A stretch of DNA of 64,000 bases from an uncultured Chloroflexia bacterium (lineage in GTDB: Bacteria > Chloroflexota > Limnocylindria > Limnocylindrales > CSP1-4). Where the stretch lies: the NCBI GenBank assembly GCA_963716375.1, contig OY970306.1, positions 1,890,676 to 1,954,675 of the forward strand. The letters run 5' to 3'. Below are positions 24,575-34,578 of the stretch, in pieces; the first letter of the stretch is position 1, and every line of letters begins with the position of its first letter. A program made the translations under genes and the position numbers. The notes beneath the pieces were generated by a model. The model saw only the letters and a program-made list of their open reading frames with translations. It did not search any database and was not told the origin of the DNA.

Positions 24575-24635
24575 GTCACGTCCTGTTCGATCCAACCGGC
24601 CGCGCCGTCCGGTCGGACGATTGTAGGGTCCCTGT

Positions 24636-25328
24636 CTATTCGTCCTTGGCCGGCCGCGGAATCGCCACGGTGCCCGCGTCACCCGCCACGGCAGCCGAAC
24701 CTTCGCCCCCGGCAAGGCCCAGATCGTGAGCCTGCGCAATCAGCGAATCGCCCGGCACCGAATACACCGCATCGATGATGCCATAGTCCTTGGCCTGCTC
24801 GGGAGACATGAAATAGTCCCGGTCGGTGTCGTGCATGACCTTGTCGAGCGGCTGATTCGTGTGCTTGGCCAGGATTTCGTGGTTGACCTGGACAAGATGC
24901 TCCCACTCGCGCATCTGGATCAGCGCGTCCGGGGCATTGCCGCGGAAGCCGCCGGAGCCCTGGTGAATCATGATCCGGCCGTTCGGCAGCGCGTACCGCT
25001 TGCCCTTGGCGCCGGCCGCCAGAAGGACCGCGGCCATGCTCGCCGCCATGCCGATGCAGATGGTCGAAACGGGGGCGCGGACGTACTGCATCGTGTCGTA
25101 GATGGCGAGACCGCTGGTGACCTGCCCGCCGGGCGAGTTGATGTACAGGCTGATGTCGCGCTCCGGATCCTCCAATTCGAGGAACAGGAGCTGGGCGATG
25201 ACGAGGTTCGCGACGTGGTCCTCGATCGCGTCACCGAGGAAGATGATTCGCTCGCGCAGCAGCCGCGAGTAGATGTCGTAGGCGCGCTCTCCTCGACTCG
25301 AGGACTCGATGACCATTGGCACGAGCAT
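24636..25328 (-). CDS. clpP: ATP-dependent Clp protease proteolytic subunit
   Basis: [32 protein letters not shown], catalytic GMAASMAA (Ser) and IMIHQ (His). About 35-aa C-terminal extension. Confidence 0.95.
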   Translation of the reverse strand: MLVPMVIESSSRGERAYDIYSRLLRERIIFLGDAIEDHVANLVIAQLLFLELEDPERDISLYINSPGGQVTSGLAIYDTMQYVRAPVSTICIGMAASMAAVLLAAGAKGKRYALPNGRIMIHQGSGGFRGNAPDALIQMREWEHLVQVNHEILAKHTNQPLDKVMHDTDRDYFMSPEQAKDYGIIDAVYSVPGDSLIAQAHDLGLAGGEGSAAVAGDAGTVAIPRPAKDE

Positions 25329-25360
25329 TGCTGGATCTCCTGGGTGCGGCTGAGGCGCGA

Positions 25361-26986
25361 TCAGGCCCGGCTCGCCGAGGCCGCCGCATCCGGGGCTTCG
25401 GTGTCCAGGGCTGCGGCTGCGTCGTCGTCGGTCGCGGCCGGTTCGTCGTCGTGCGTTGCATGGCCGCCATGGCCGTGCGACTGATCGTGGTCGTGACTGT
25501 GGCCATGGTCGTGGCCGCTGTGGTCGTGGCCGTCCCCGGTGTCGCCGGCAGTCGCCGGATCCGTCGCCTCGATGGCCGCGGCGGACTCGACGGCTGAGGT
25601 GTGGACGGCCGATCGCTCGTCACCGTCGGCGTGCGGCAGCGGCGGATGCTCGGGATGCGCGGCCAGCCAGCCGTCGATCAGGTGCTCGACCGTCCGGCTC
25701 CGCCGCAGCGTGCTGCGGATGAACGTCCGGCCCCGATCGGATTCGAAGTACTTCACCAGCCGCGGGTTCTCCGCGTAGCGCTGGCGGGCGCGTTCGACTT
25801 CGACGTCCACCTCGCCGTCAGCGACGGTGATCCCCTCGGCCTCGGCGATCTTCGAGACGACGAGGAGGACCTTGACGCGCTCCTCGGCCCGGGGTCGAAG
25901 TTCGGCGTGGAGCTGCTCCGTCGTCTGGCCGGTGACCTTGAGGTAGGCCTCCTCGGTCACGCCCTGACGGGCGATGCTGCTGCGGAACTCATCGTGCATG
26001 ACCTCGACTTCCTGGTCGATCAGGACGTCGGGCAGGCCCTCGGACGACGGACTGGCCGGCACGCCGATCGTCTCGGGCAACCGGAACGTGGAGTTGGCCA
26101 CGGCGTAGTTGATGATCCGGTCCGCGAAATCGTGGCGGGCGTGATCGATCGCGTTGCGCTCCAGGCGCAGCTTGATCTCATTGCGCAAGTCGGCGAGGTC
26201 CGTGAAGCGGCCCATCTCGTGCGCGAAGTCGTCGTTGACGTCGGGCAGAACCTTGGCCCGCAGCTCTCGCACCGTGACGTGGAACTGGGCGACGTTGCCG
26301 GCCAGGCTCGGTTCGGCGTAATCGTCGGGGAACGTGATGTCGAAGTCGCTCGTGTCGCCGACGCGAAGGCCGACGAGATGATCCTCGAAGCCCGGGATGA
26401 GCCGGTCTTCGCCGATGATGAGCGGCATCCGTTCGGCCGTGCCGCCCGGGAACGCCTCGCCGTCGCGGGTCCCTTCGAACCCGATCACCGCGTAGTCGCC
26501 CTTCTCGGCGGCGCGATCCTCGACCGGCTCCAGGATCGCGTGCTCGTCGCGGAGCTCCTCGATGACCTTGTCGACCTTGGCGTCGTCGGTCGTCTCGATC
26601 TCCGGCGCGAAGTTGAAGTTCTGGTAGTCGCCGAGGACGACGTCCGGCCGGACCTGCACGGTCGCCTTGTAGACGAGCGGCTGGCCCTCCTCGGCCGCGA
26701 CCACCTCGATCTCGGGATTGGCCAGCGGCAGCACCTTCAGCTCGACGATGGCCTCGCGATAGCTGTCTTCGACCAGATGCTCGACGGCCTCGTCCATGAC
26801 CGCGCCCGGCCCGAGGGTCCGCTCCAGCATGACCCGGGGGGCCTTGCCCGGCCGGAATCCGGCGACCTTCGTCCGGCGGGAGAGACGCTTGACCGAGTCG
26901 TCCACGGCCCGCTGGAGGCGGTCGGCGGGGAGCTCGACTTCAACGGTCACGGAACTGCGTGGGGCGGGGGTGACGGTCAGTTTCAT
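25361..26986 (-). CDS. tig: trigger factor with His/Asp-rich C-terminal extension
   Basis: N-terminus [25 protein letters not shown]...GFRPGKAPR (ribosome-binding motif), then FKBP-type PPIase and C-terminal arm domains. Extra tail ...[32 protein letters not shown]... Confidence 0.93.
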   Translation of the reverse strand: MKLTVTPAPRSSVTVEVELPADRLQRAVDDSVKRLSRRTKVAGFRPGKAPRVMLERTLGPGAVMDEAVEHLVEDSYREAIVELKVLPLANPEIEVVAAEEGQPLVYKATVQVRPDVVLGDYQNFNFAPEIETTDDAKVDKVIEELRDEHAILEPVEDRAAEKGDYAVIGFEGTRDGEAFPGGTAERMPLIIGEDRLIPGFEDHLVGLRVGDTSDFDITFPDDYAEPSLAGNVAQFHVTVRELRAKVLPDVNDDFAHEMGRFTDLADLRNEIKLRLERNAIDHARHDFADRIINYAVANSTFRLPETIGVPASPSSEGLPDVLIDQEVEVMHDEFRSSIARQGVTEEAYLKVTGQTTEQLHAELRPRAEERVKVLLVVSKIAEAEGITVADGEVDVEVERARQRYAENPRLVKYFESDRGRTFIRSTLRRSRTVEHLIDGWLAAHPEHPPLPHADGDERSAVHTSAVESAAAIEATDPATAGDTGDGHDHSGHDHGHSHDHDQSHGHGGHATHDDEPAATDDDAAAALDTEAPDAAASASRA

Positions 26987-27400
26987 CGTCCGGGAAGTAT
27001 ACGGGCCGACGCCCGACTGGACGGACGGGGCGCACGTGCGGCAGATCGGCCCGCGAATCTGGCGCGGCCGATCATCGAACCGTTCGCTCGTGCGTTATTG
27101 CCGTGTGTGCTCGCTCCATGTTCATTCGGGGCACAACGTGCGTCCGCGGCCGTCCAGGCAGCCAATTCTCGAGCCGCTGCTGCGTCTGATGCACACGGGC
27201 TGATCAGCGCGCCCGATACGAGCGACGCAACCGCCGTTTCGCCTCTCTGGCGTCCGCTCCACCTGGACTGAAGTGGCCGGAATGAACATGTGGCGGTCAC
27301 GCGGCGCCACAGTCAGGTGACTCGGGGCCACGACGGGACGAGCCGGGCGCAGGGGGCCGCCACCCGCTCCGCGCACCCCGGAGCGGGCCGGCCGGAGTCG

Positions 27401-27485
27401 TGGGCAAGAGGGGACTCGAACCCCTACGCCGCTCACGCGGCACCGGCTCCTAAGGCCGGCGCGTCTGCCATTTCGCCACTCGCCC
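27401..27485 (-). tRNA. tRNA-Leu (anticodon UAG)
   Basis: Minus strand GGGCGAG-UG-GCGAAAUGGCAGACGC-G-CCGGC-CUUAGGA-GCCGG-(long variable arm UGCCGCGUGAGCGGCGU)-AGGGGUUCGAGUCCCCU-CUUGCCC-A. Folds as a class II cloverleaf. No encoded CCA. Confidence 0.93.
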
Positions 27486-27492
27486 GTGGTCG

Positions 27493-27498
27493 AGTCTA
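27493..27498 (-). promoter_or_regulatory. -10-like hexamer TAGACT immediately upstream of tRNA-Leu
   Basis: Minus strand CGCTAGACTCGACCAC-GGGCGAG. The hexamer ends 7 nt before the mature tRNA 5' end. Confidence 0.3.
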
Positions 27499-28098
27499 GC
27501 GGCGCTTGCCGGCCTCCGGCGTCGGGGCGGCCGCGAGCGGAGCGGCCGGCTCGGGCTCGGACCCGGGGACCGCAGCGGTCTTGCGGTGGCGGATCTTGTC
27601 AAGTGCCTCCACGAACGTTGCGGGATCCGGAGCGATCAGCTCGCCCGCGACCTTCCAGCCAAGGCGCAGCGAGATCGGCCGCAGGAAGCTCGTCGCGAGC
27701 GTCATCACGAGATTCCGGGCGCTCTGCTCCCGGCGAACAGTCGTGCGCTCGAGCAGGTAGTTCGAGAACTCCCGCTCGAGTGTCCCTCTGACCTGGTCCC
27801 CATCCGTGCCGAGCAGCCGCAGCGTCCGTTCGATCTCGTCGGGCAGCATCGACTTGGGCAGCTCGGCCTGCGGCCCGAGGACCGCTCGCCGGACACGCCT
27901 GAACACGCGCTTGGGCCCGCCCAGGGCGATGAAGGCCGTGCCGAAGGCCACCCCGGCCGTCTTGGCCGGGGCCCGCCGGATGCGCGCGGGCACGTCGACG
28001 GCCGATCGTCCGGCCGCCTCGAGCCGCTGGACCTCCGTGGCCAGCTCGCCGCGACGAGCTAGGACTTCGGCCCGCGCTGCGTTAGTTCGCGAACCCAT
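27496..28098 (-). CDS. DUF3618-like protein
   Basis: N-terminal coiled segment RTNAARAEVLARRGELATEVQRLEAAG followed by one hydrophobic segment. The arrangement downstream of a holin-X-like gene is typical for this family. Overlaps the upstream gene by 40 nt. Confidence 0.55.
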   Translation of the reverse strand: MGSRTNAARAEVLARRGELATEVQRLEAAGRSAVDVPARIRRAPAKTAGVAFGTAFIALGGPKRVFRRVRRAVLGPQAELPKSMLPDEIERTLRLLGTDGDQVRGTLEREFSNYLLERTTVRREQSARNLVMTLATSFLRPISLRLGWKVAGELIAPDPATFVEALDKIRHRKTAAVPGSEPEPAAPLAAAPTPEAGKRR

Positions 28099-29250
28099 GC
28101 CAGGGTCTCCTTCGTGGTCTCCATCGTCTCATCCGGCGTGAGCCGTTTCTTGAGGTCTTCCATGTCGATTCCATTGCGGGCGACGGCCACGCCCAGGCCG
28201 ATCGACCAGACGGCCAGCCCGACGGCGAGGCCGAAGGCAATCCCGACGTGCACCGAGAACGAGATCGCGGTGAACGCCCCGACGAGCAGCCCGATCACGG
28301 CTCCGAGAATGAAGCCGCGAACGGCGGCGCCGAAGCCCCAGCGCTTGAGCAGCGCGAACAGGAAGCTGAGGATCGCCAAGACGGCGCCGGTCACGAACGC
28401 CGCCACGACCAGCGGGCTGTAGTCGGGGTTCATTGCGGGCGCCATGGTGGCGGCCAGGTTCACCCAGCCCTGGTGCGGCAGGTTGAGGGCGAAGACAACC
28501 CCGACGACGACGCCGACGATCACGGCGACGACGATCGCCCGGGCGATGCTGCGACCGGGGACTCGGAGCGCGGCCAGGACCGCGGTGAGGCCGATGGCGA
28601 TTGCCAGTTCCGTGCCGTGCAGGACGCCCCAGCCCATCGAGCCCCACAGCCACTCCCCGAGGAAGAGCGTGATCCCGACGGGCAGCAGCAGGGCGACGAA
28701 CAGGAGCATCGCGAACGCGATGCCGGAACCGACCGCGAGGCGCTTGATCTCGTCGGCGATCTCGCTGAACTCGGCCTTGGCAAGCTCGATGTGGGCCAGG
28801 ACGAGCCGGACGACCGCCTCCTTGGTGGCCGCGAACTGGGCGCGCAGGCCGGGCGGACGCCCGGGCTTGCCGCGGCCCTTGCCCGAACCAGCGGCACCAC
28901 CACCCGGTGGCGTCCCGCTGCTCGAGCCGCCGCCGCTGGCCGAACCGCTGCCGGCCGAGCCGCTGCCGCCGGCCGAGCCGCTGCCCGATGCGCCACCGCC
29001 GGCCGAGCCACCGCCGCCGGCCGAGCCACTGCCGCCGGCCGAGCCGCCACCGCCGGCCGAGCCACTGCCGCCGGCCGAGCCGCTCGAACCGCCGCTCGCA
29101 GACGCGCCCGCGGCGCGGCCGGGCGCGGTCGATCCGCCGGCTCCCGATCCGGTGCCAGGGGCGATCGCAGGCTGGCCGGGGGTGACCGGCGCGGCGTCAG
29201 ACGCGGGCTGCGGACGGCCGGACGTGCCGTCGGCCGGAAGATCGTCCAGG
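28059..29250 (-). CDS. holin-X (Phage_holin_3_6)-like polytopic membrane protein with Gly/Ser-repeat N-terminal region; start codon unresolved
   Basis: VRLVLAHIELAKAEFSEIADEIKRLAVGSGIAFAMLLFVALLL matches the actinobacterial holin-X motif, followed by about 6 further TM helices. N-terminal (GGSGSAGGGGSA)n region. No in-frame ATG/GTG/TTG between 29250 and the convergently overlapping cinA region. Confidence 0.6.
28921..29100 (-). repeat. degenerate short tandem repeats encoding Gly/Ser/Ala low-complexity region
   Basis: Core ccggccgagcc recurs at least 7 times at 17-31 nt spacing. Confidence 0.8.
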
Positions 29251-29418
29251 GAACACCTCCGGGCTCTCGAGGGTCTGGGCTCTGGATCTGGCCATCGATC
29301 ATAGCAGCGGCCCGCGGCCGGCCTCGGGGCGATGGGGGCCTGACCAGGTCCCCGGACGTCATGACCGCCCGCCGAGCCCGTGCTTCGGGCGGCCAATTCG
29401 TGGGGTACTCTGGCGGCG

Positions 29419-30738
29419 ATGACGGAGCCCGCGGTCACCCCGAGCGCAGCACGCCCGACCGCGGGTGTCGGGGCGGCTCCAGCGCCAGGACCGCGACCGC
29501 TCGAGACCGCCGAGCTCCTCTCGATCGGCAGCGAGCTCACCGTGGGCGAGACGCGGGACACGAACGCGGGCGAGATCGCCCGCGACCTCGATCGGGTCGG
29601 TGTCCGGATCGCCCGCCTGACGGCGGTCCCGGACCGCCTCGAGATCGTCCACCAGGCGTTCGTCGACGGCCTCGCCCGGAGCGATCTGATCGTCTGCACC
29701 GGCGGGCTCGGACCGACACCGGACGACCTGACGCGTGAATCGATCGCCGCCGCCCTGGGTGAGACGCCGGCCGTCGACCCCGAGCTGGAGCGCTGGCTGC
29801 GCGAGCTCTGGACCCGGCGCGGCATCGACTTCCCGACGATGAACCTGAAGCAGGCGTGGCTGATCCCGTCGGCCACGGCGATTCCAAATCCCAACGGGAC
29901 CGCGCCCGGCTGGTGGGTCGATGCGCCGGACGGCCGGGTCATCGTCGCGCTGCCGGGTCCGCCGCGGGAGATGCGCCCGATGTGGCGCGACTGGGTCCTG
30001 CCGCGCCTGCAGGAGCGCGGCCTCGGCCTTGACCACGTCATCCATACGTTCCGCCTCGCGGGAATCGGCGAGTCGGCCGTGGCCGATCTGCTCGGCGAGA
30101 CGCTGCTGCGTCGGGAAAACCCGGTCGTCGCCACGTATGCCCGGGTCGAGGCGGTCGACGTGCGGATCTCCGCCCATTCAGGCCCGGGCCCGAATGGCTC
30201 GCCGGCCACCGCGGTGGAGCTCGTCGAGGCCGCCGAGGCCGAGGTTCTCGGGCACGTCGGGAACTACGTCTGGGGTCGTGACGACGACACGTGGTCGGCC
30301 GCGATCGGGCGCCGGCTCGCCGCGGCCGGCTGGGCGCTCGCCACCTATGAGCAGGGAACGGGCGGATCGTTCCTCAACCTCGTCGGCGACGTGCCCTGGT
30401 TGCGCCGGGCCGAGGTGATGTCCGCCGCCGAAGGAGCCGCGGAGTCGGCCGATGACGGAGCGGCAGGTGGGCCGCCGGCGATCGAGGAGCACGACCCGGC
30501 GTCGCGACGCATGGAATACCTCGCCGGCTGGGCCCGCGACGCCGCGAGCTGCCAGGTCGGCCTCGCCGTCGAAGCGCGTCCGCATGGCAAGGACCTGACC
30601 GTCCGGGTGGCCGTGGTCACGCCCGATGGCACGACCAGCGAGCGACGCCTCGCTTTCATGGGCGGTCCCCAGGGCCGTTCCCGCGCAGCGCTGACGGCGG
30701 CATCGATCCTGCTCTCACGCCTGCCGCCGGAGGCCTGA
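29419..30738 (+). CDS. cinA: CinA family protein (MoCF-binding domain plus nicotinamide-nucleotide amidohydrolase PncC domain)
   Basis: AELLSIGSELTVGETRDTNAGEIARDL...VCTGGLGPTPDDLTRE (CinA N-domain). C-terminal CinA/PncC-like half. Alternative GTG start at 29380. Confidence 0.85.
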   Translation: MTEPAVTPSAARPTAGVGAAPAPGPRPLETAELLSIGSELTVGETRDTNAGEIARDLDRVGVRIARLTAVPDRLEIVHQAFVDGLARSDLIVCTGGLGPTPDDLTRESIAAALGETPAVDPELERWLRELWTRRGIDFPTMNLKQAWLIPSATAIPNPNGTAPGWWVDAPDGRVIVALPGPPREMRPMWRDWVLPRLQERGLGLDHVIHTFRLAGIGESAVADLLGETLLRRENPVVATYARVEAVDVRISAHSGPGPNGSPATAVELVEAAEAEVLGHVGNYVWGRDDDTWSAAIGRRLAAAGWALATYEQGTGGSFLNLVGDVPWLRRAEVMSAAEGAAESADDGAAGGPPAIEEHDPASRRMEYLAGWARDAASCQVGLAVEARPHGKDLTVRVAVVTPDGTTSERRLAFMGGPQGRSRAALTAASILLSRLPPEA

Positions 30739-30817
30739 CGAGGCGCAGGGCGGGTCATTCGAGGCCGGTGGCCGGCCCGGGGTCGTCCGCCTCGATCTCC
30801 GCGGCGCGCGGCTGCTG

Positions 30818-31894
30818 CTAGCTGATCGAGAGGACCGGCTGCTCGTTCGTGGCGGCCCGGACGCTCATGCGCGCCGCGACCGTCTGGGCCAGCGAGGTCA
30901 GTGCCTTTGCGGCGGGTCCCGGTTCGCGCTGGGCGACGACCGGCACGCCGACGTCACCGCCCTGGCGGACCGTGATGTCGAGCGGCACCCCGCCGAGGAA
31001 TTCGATGCCGTGCTGCTGGGCGAACCGCTCGCCGCCGCCCCGGCCGAAGATCTCCGTGGCCTCGCCGCAGTGCGGGCAGATGAAGGCGCTCATGTTCTCG
31101 ACGATGCCGATGACCGGGACGCTCATGCGCTTGAGCATCGCCAGGGCCTTCTGGACGTCGAGCAGGGAGACCTCCTGGGGCGTCGTCACGAGGACCGTGC
31201 CGCTGATCGGGATCGCCTGGGCCAGCGTCAGCTGCGCGTCGGAGGTGCCGGGCGGCTGGTCGATGATCAGGTAATCGAGGTCGCCCCATTCCACGTCCCG
31301 CAGGAACTGCTGGATGGCGCCGCCGACCAGCGGCCCGCGCCACACGACCGGTTGACCTTCGGGGACGAAGAACTGGATCGAGATGACCTTGACGCCATAG
31401 CGCTCGAGCGGCGTGATCTTGTTGTTCGGGCTCGCCTTGGGCTGGCCCTCGAGGCCCATCATCAGCGGGATGTTCGGGCCGGTGATGTCCGCATCGAGCA
31501 GCCCGACCGAGGCGCCCATCTGGGCCAGGGCGACCGCCAGGTTGACGCTGATCGTGCTCTTGCCGACGCCGCCCTTGCCGGACGCGATGGCGATGATGTT
31601 CTTCACGCCGGGCAGGAGCTGCTGGGCCTGCTGCGGGCTCGCCCGGCGAACCATCGCGCCCCACGTCACATCGATCTTCGTGGCGCCGAGGCCCGTCAGC
31701 GCGGCATCGACGTTGCGCTCGATCTCATCCTTGAGCGGGCACGCCGGCGTCGTCAGTTCGATCGTCAGGGCGACGCGGCTGCCGTCGATCGAGACGCCCT
31801 TGACCATGTTGAGCGTCACGATGTCGCGTCCAAGCTCGGGCTCCTGGACGTTGCGGAGCGCGTCGAAGATCGTGGCTTCGGTCAATTCGATCAT
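30818..31894 (-). CDS. apbC: Mrp/NBP35 family Fe-S cluster carrier ATPase (N-terminal DUF59)
   Basis: DUF59-like N-terminus (VQEPELGRDIVTLNMV), deviant Walker A SGKGGVGKST, and CPHCG cluster-ligand motif. Confidence 0.92.
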   Translation of the reverse strand: MIELTEATIFDALRNVQEPELGRDIVTLNMVKGVSIDGSRVALTIELTTPACPLKDEIERNVDAALTGLGATKIDVTWGAMVRRASPQQAQQLLPGVKNIIAIASGKGGVGKSTISVNLAVALAQMGASVGLLDADITGPNIPLMMGLEGQPKASPNNKITPLERYGVKVISIQFFVPEGQPVVWRGPLVGGAIQQFLRDVEWGDLDYLIIDQPPGTSDAQLTLAQAIPISGTVLVTTPQEVSLLDVQKALAMLKRMSVPVIGIVENMSAFICPHCGEATEIFGRGGGERFAQQHGIEFLGGVPLDITVRQGGDVGVPVVAQREPGPAAKALTSLAQTVAARMSVRAATNEQPVLSIS

Positions 31895-31978
31895 GGGCGG
31901 CTCAGGTTCCTCGTGCCGGGCTGACGGGCGGCGATCGCCGGGGGTCGGACGGCAGCAGCCGGCCGCGGTGGCGTTCTG

Positions 31979-32567
31979 TCACGGATTGCGCAGATATCCT
32001 ACTCCCGGGTCGCCCGACTCGCCGGGTGCGGCACGGTCAATGCGATCCCAGCCGGCCGGATCTTCGTCGGGCGCGGAATAGGCCGGCAGCCAGGTCGCCG
32101 GCTCCTGGGCCCGGGCGGCCGCCTCGAAGCGATTGTCCCGGTAGCGATCGCCGCCGGCGAGCAGCGCCCGCAGCGATTCGAGCCCGTAGACCAGCGAGGA
32201 ACAGCGGCCCGAGGCGGCGCCACTGGCGGACGTGCTCGAGCTCGTGCCGAACGGTCGCGTCCGGAAGCGGTTGCCGGGCAAGCACGAACCGGCCGAGCGT
32301 CTGGGCGTACGGGCGCAATGGGACGTGATCGAGATATCGCGCTGCCCGCGGATCCTCGACCAGCAGCGCCCGATCGCCATCGGGTAATCGAACCTCGCGG
32401 GTGACCCGCAGCCCGCCGCAGGCCGCCATGATCAGCCGGCCCATCGCGTCTCCCGGCCAGCTTCGCCAGGCGTCGGCGAGGCGCGGCCCGAGCGGGCGGC
32501 CGCGACGGCCGATCCGGCCGATCGCGAGCCAGAGGTCGATCACGTCGCCGACGATTCTCGTGATCAT
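31979..32567 (-). pseudogene. HExxH-motif protein gene with one frameshift
   Basis: Frame of ORF 32037..32567 reads ...RHELEHVRQWRRLGPLFLA. The continuation VYGLESLRALLAGGDRYRDNRFEAAARAQEP... is in the frame of ORF 31979..32380. The junction is near 32185-32200. Confidence 0.55.
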
Positions 32568-32573
32568 GCGGGC

Positions 32574-34532
32574 TCAGCGGACCTCCACGACCCAGATGCC
32601 GGTCGAAGGCTCGCTCGCCAGCGCATCCCGGAAGTGCGGGGTCATCGTCACACCCCCGACCGTCGTGGATTCTGGCGAGCTGTCGACCTCGAACGGTTTG
32701 AAGAGCGCCACGGGCCGATCGACCGAACCATCGTGGATGACGTACTGGCCGGGCCGCAGCTGCTCGAAGCCGGCCGTGAGCAGGAACGCGTACATGTCGC
32801 CCACGAGGGTGACCCGGCTGCCTTTCTCGACGGCGATCCGGGATACGTCGCGGCTGGGTGCCAGGACGGCGACCGTTCGCAGATCGACGGCCGGCGCTCC
32901 GTTGACCGTCCCGACGTCGCCTGCCTGGACGGCGGCGGCCAGCAATGGACCGCCGAGCACCGGCATTGCCAGCTCGAGCTGGCGGCTCGACAGGCGCACG
33001 TTCGCGAGCTCGGTCGTTGCGCGTCGGTCCAGCGGCAGCGGAGCCCCGCTGAGCACGCCGACCACGAGCGCCGCGACGAGCGCCGCACCGAGACCTGCCG
33101 CCATCATCGCCGGCCGAGGCGGCCGGGTCGGGCGGACGTCGGCGCGGCCGGCCAGGCCGAGTCCCGCCAGGGAGCCTGCGCCTTCAGCGCGCACCTCGAT
33201 CACCGTCGCCGAACGGCCGCGATTGAGCCGGGCGCCAGGCCCGCGAGGACGCGGCCCGAGATCCAGCCAACGGCGACGGCCGCGCCGACCAGGAGCGCGA
33301 GATCGAGGGGCTCGTAGTAGCGATTCGAGATGTACGTCGCGCGCGCCGCGAGGAGGAAGAGGAGAAGCGTGACCGCGAGGGCGAGGGTCGCGATCGGTGC
33401 GGCTGTGATCGTCTCGCGGCCGCGGGCGAGCGCCCACACGCCGATCACCGGCGAGCACGATCAGCGCAACCCCAGCGATCGTGGCGGCCTCGTGGCCGAT
33501 GAAGGTGCCCGCGTACGCGACCGGCCCGACCGCCGTCAGGTCCGGGTTGTAGATCGCGGTGTAGCCGGCCGGTACGGACATGAACCACAGGGGATTGCCC
33601 GTCAGCAGCCAGTCGTGAGCGAGGATCAGCGGGATCGCGGCAAGGGCGACGAGGACGCCGACGGCCCCGTCGCGAACGACCGCCATCCGTCGTCGCGCCA
33701 GGTGCTCGGCCAATTCGATCAGGCCGACCGTGAGCACCGGCCACTCACCTTTCCGCGCCCGCAATGCGGCCACGACCAGGATCGCCACGGCGAGGGCATC
33801 GAGCGCGATTGTCTCGAGCCGGCACAGGGCGGCCACGAAGAGCGCGACGCCGGCCAGCCACGGCCGTGCGGGCCGAGTCGTCATCGCGATCCCTGCCACG
33901 AGCCAGAGTGCGAGCGCCCAGACGAGCGAGTTGGCGCGCGAGACCTCGAGAAGCAGGTCCGATGAGCCGAGGAAGCCGGCGGTCACCGCGGCGGCCCCGG
34001 CGATCGCCGCCCACGTCGCGACCCCGGATGACGTGGCCGCCCGCCACGTCACGGTCCCCAGCGCGGACGTCCGCATCCCGCTGGCTGGAACCGCGTTCAA
34101 CCCGGTTGTGCCGGTCGCCGCGCCCCCGGCCAGGCTCGCGACCGTGGCGCCGCGCTCGGCGTCGAGTGCCACGGTTCGCCCGACGACTCGCGCCACCAGG
34201 GCCGCCGCCAGCCCGACGGCCGCACCGAACGCACCGATCGTTTCGACCGTGAGCCAGCGCCAGTCGCGCCCGATCTCCCACGTCGCGCCGTAGAGCAGCG
34301 TCAGCAGGGGCTTCGGGCGTCGTGGGCACGAAGCCCTTCGAGATGGCGCAACGCGGCGATCCGCTCGAAGTAGAGCACGGAGCTCGTGGCGTCGGGATCG
34401 ACCGTTGTGCCGGCCGCCAGCGGATCCAGGACGAGCACCGCCCAGATGACGGCCGCCAGCCCGGCGATCAGCCCCAACCGGACCTCGATGCGACGCGAAG
34501 CGGCGTTCGCGCGGGCCGGTCACCGAATTCAT
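32574..34532 (-). pseudogene. large polytopic membrane protein gene (GT-C/ArnT-like architecture suspected) with at least three frameshifts
   Basis: The coding signal hops frames. RLGLIAGLAAVIWAVLVLDP...YFERIAALRHLEGL (34320-34490) is followed by PKPLLTLLYGATWEIGRDW...IAGVALIVLAG (675-aa ORF frame). Then come IGVWALARGRETI...YISNRYYEPLDLALLVGA (ORF 33200..33448) and MMAAGLGAALVAALVVGV... plus the soluble C-domain, back in the 675-aa frame. Confidence 0.6.
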
Positions 34533-34578
34533 CTCGACGGCAGTGGCGGCTGATCGGGCGCTGGCACCTGCCGGCTCC

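Noticed and set aside
27401-29362. Integrated prophage or island at tRNA-Leu (holin-family gene next to a tRNA; excisionase-like HTH at 17720)
   Set aside because: There is no integrase, no att-like repeat of the tRNA 3' end, and no capsid, tail or terminase genes. Holin-X/DUF3618 pairs are ordinary chromosomal genes in high-GC Gram-positives.
28520-29362. 280-aa ORF (MTSGDLVRPPSP...) as the real gene in this interval
   Set aside because: Its translation is an Ala/Arg/Pro repeat with no TM helices, whereas the overlapping frame encodes a coherent holin-X-like membrane protein. Only its first few codons might be relevant if a frameshift links them to the holin frame.
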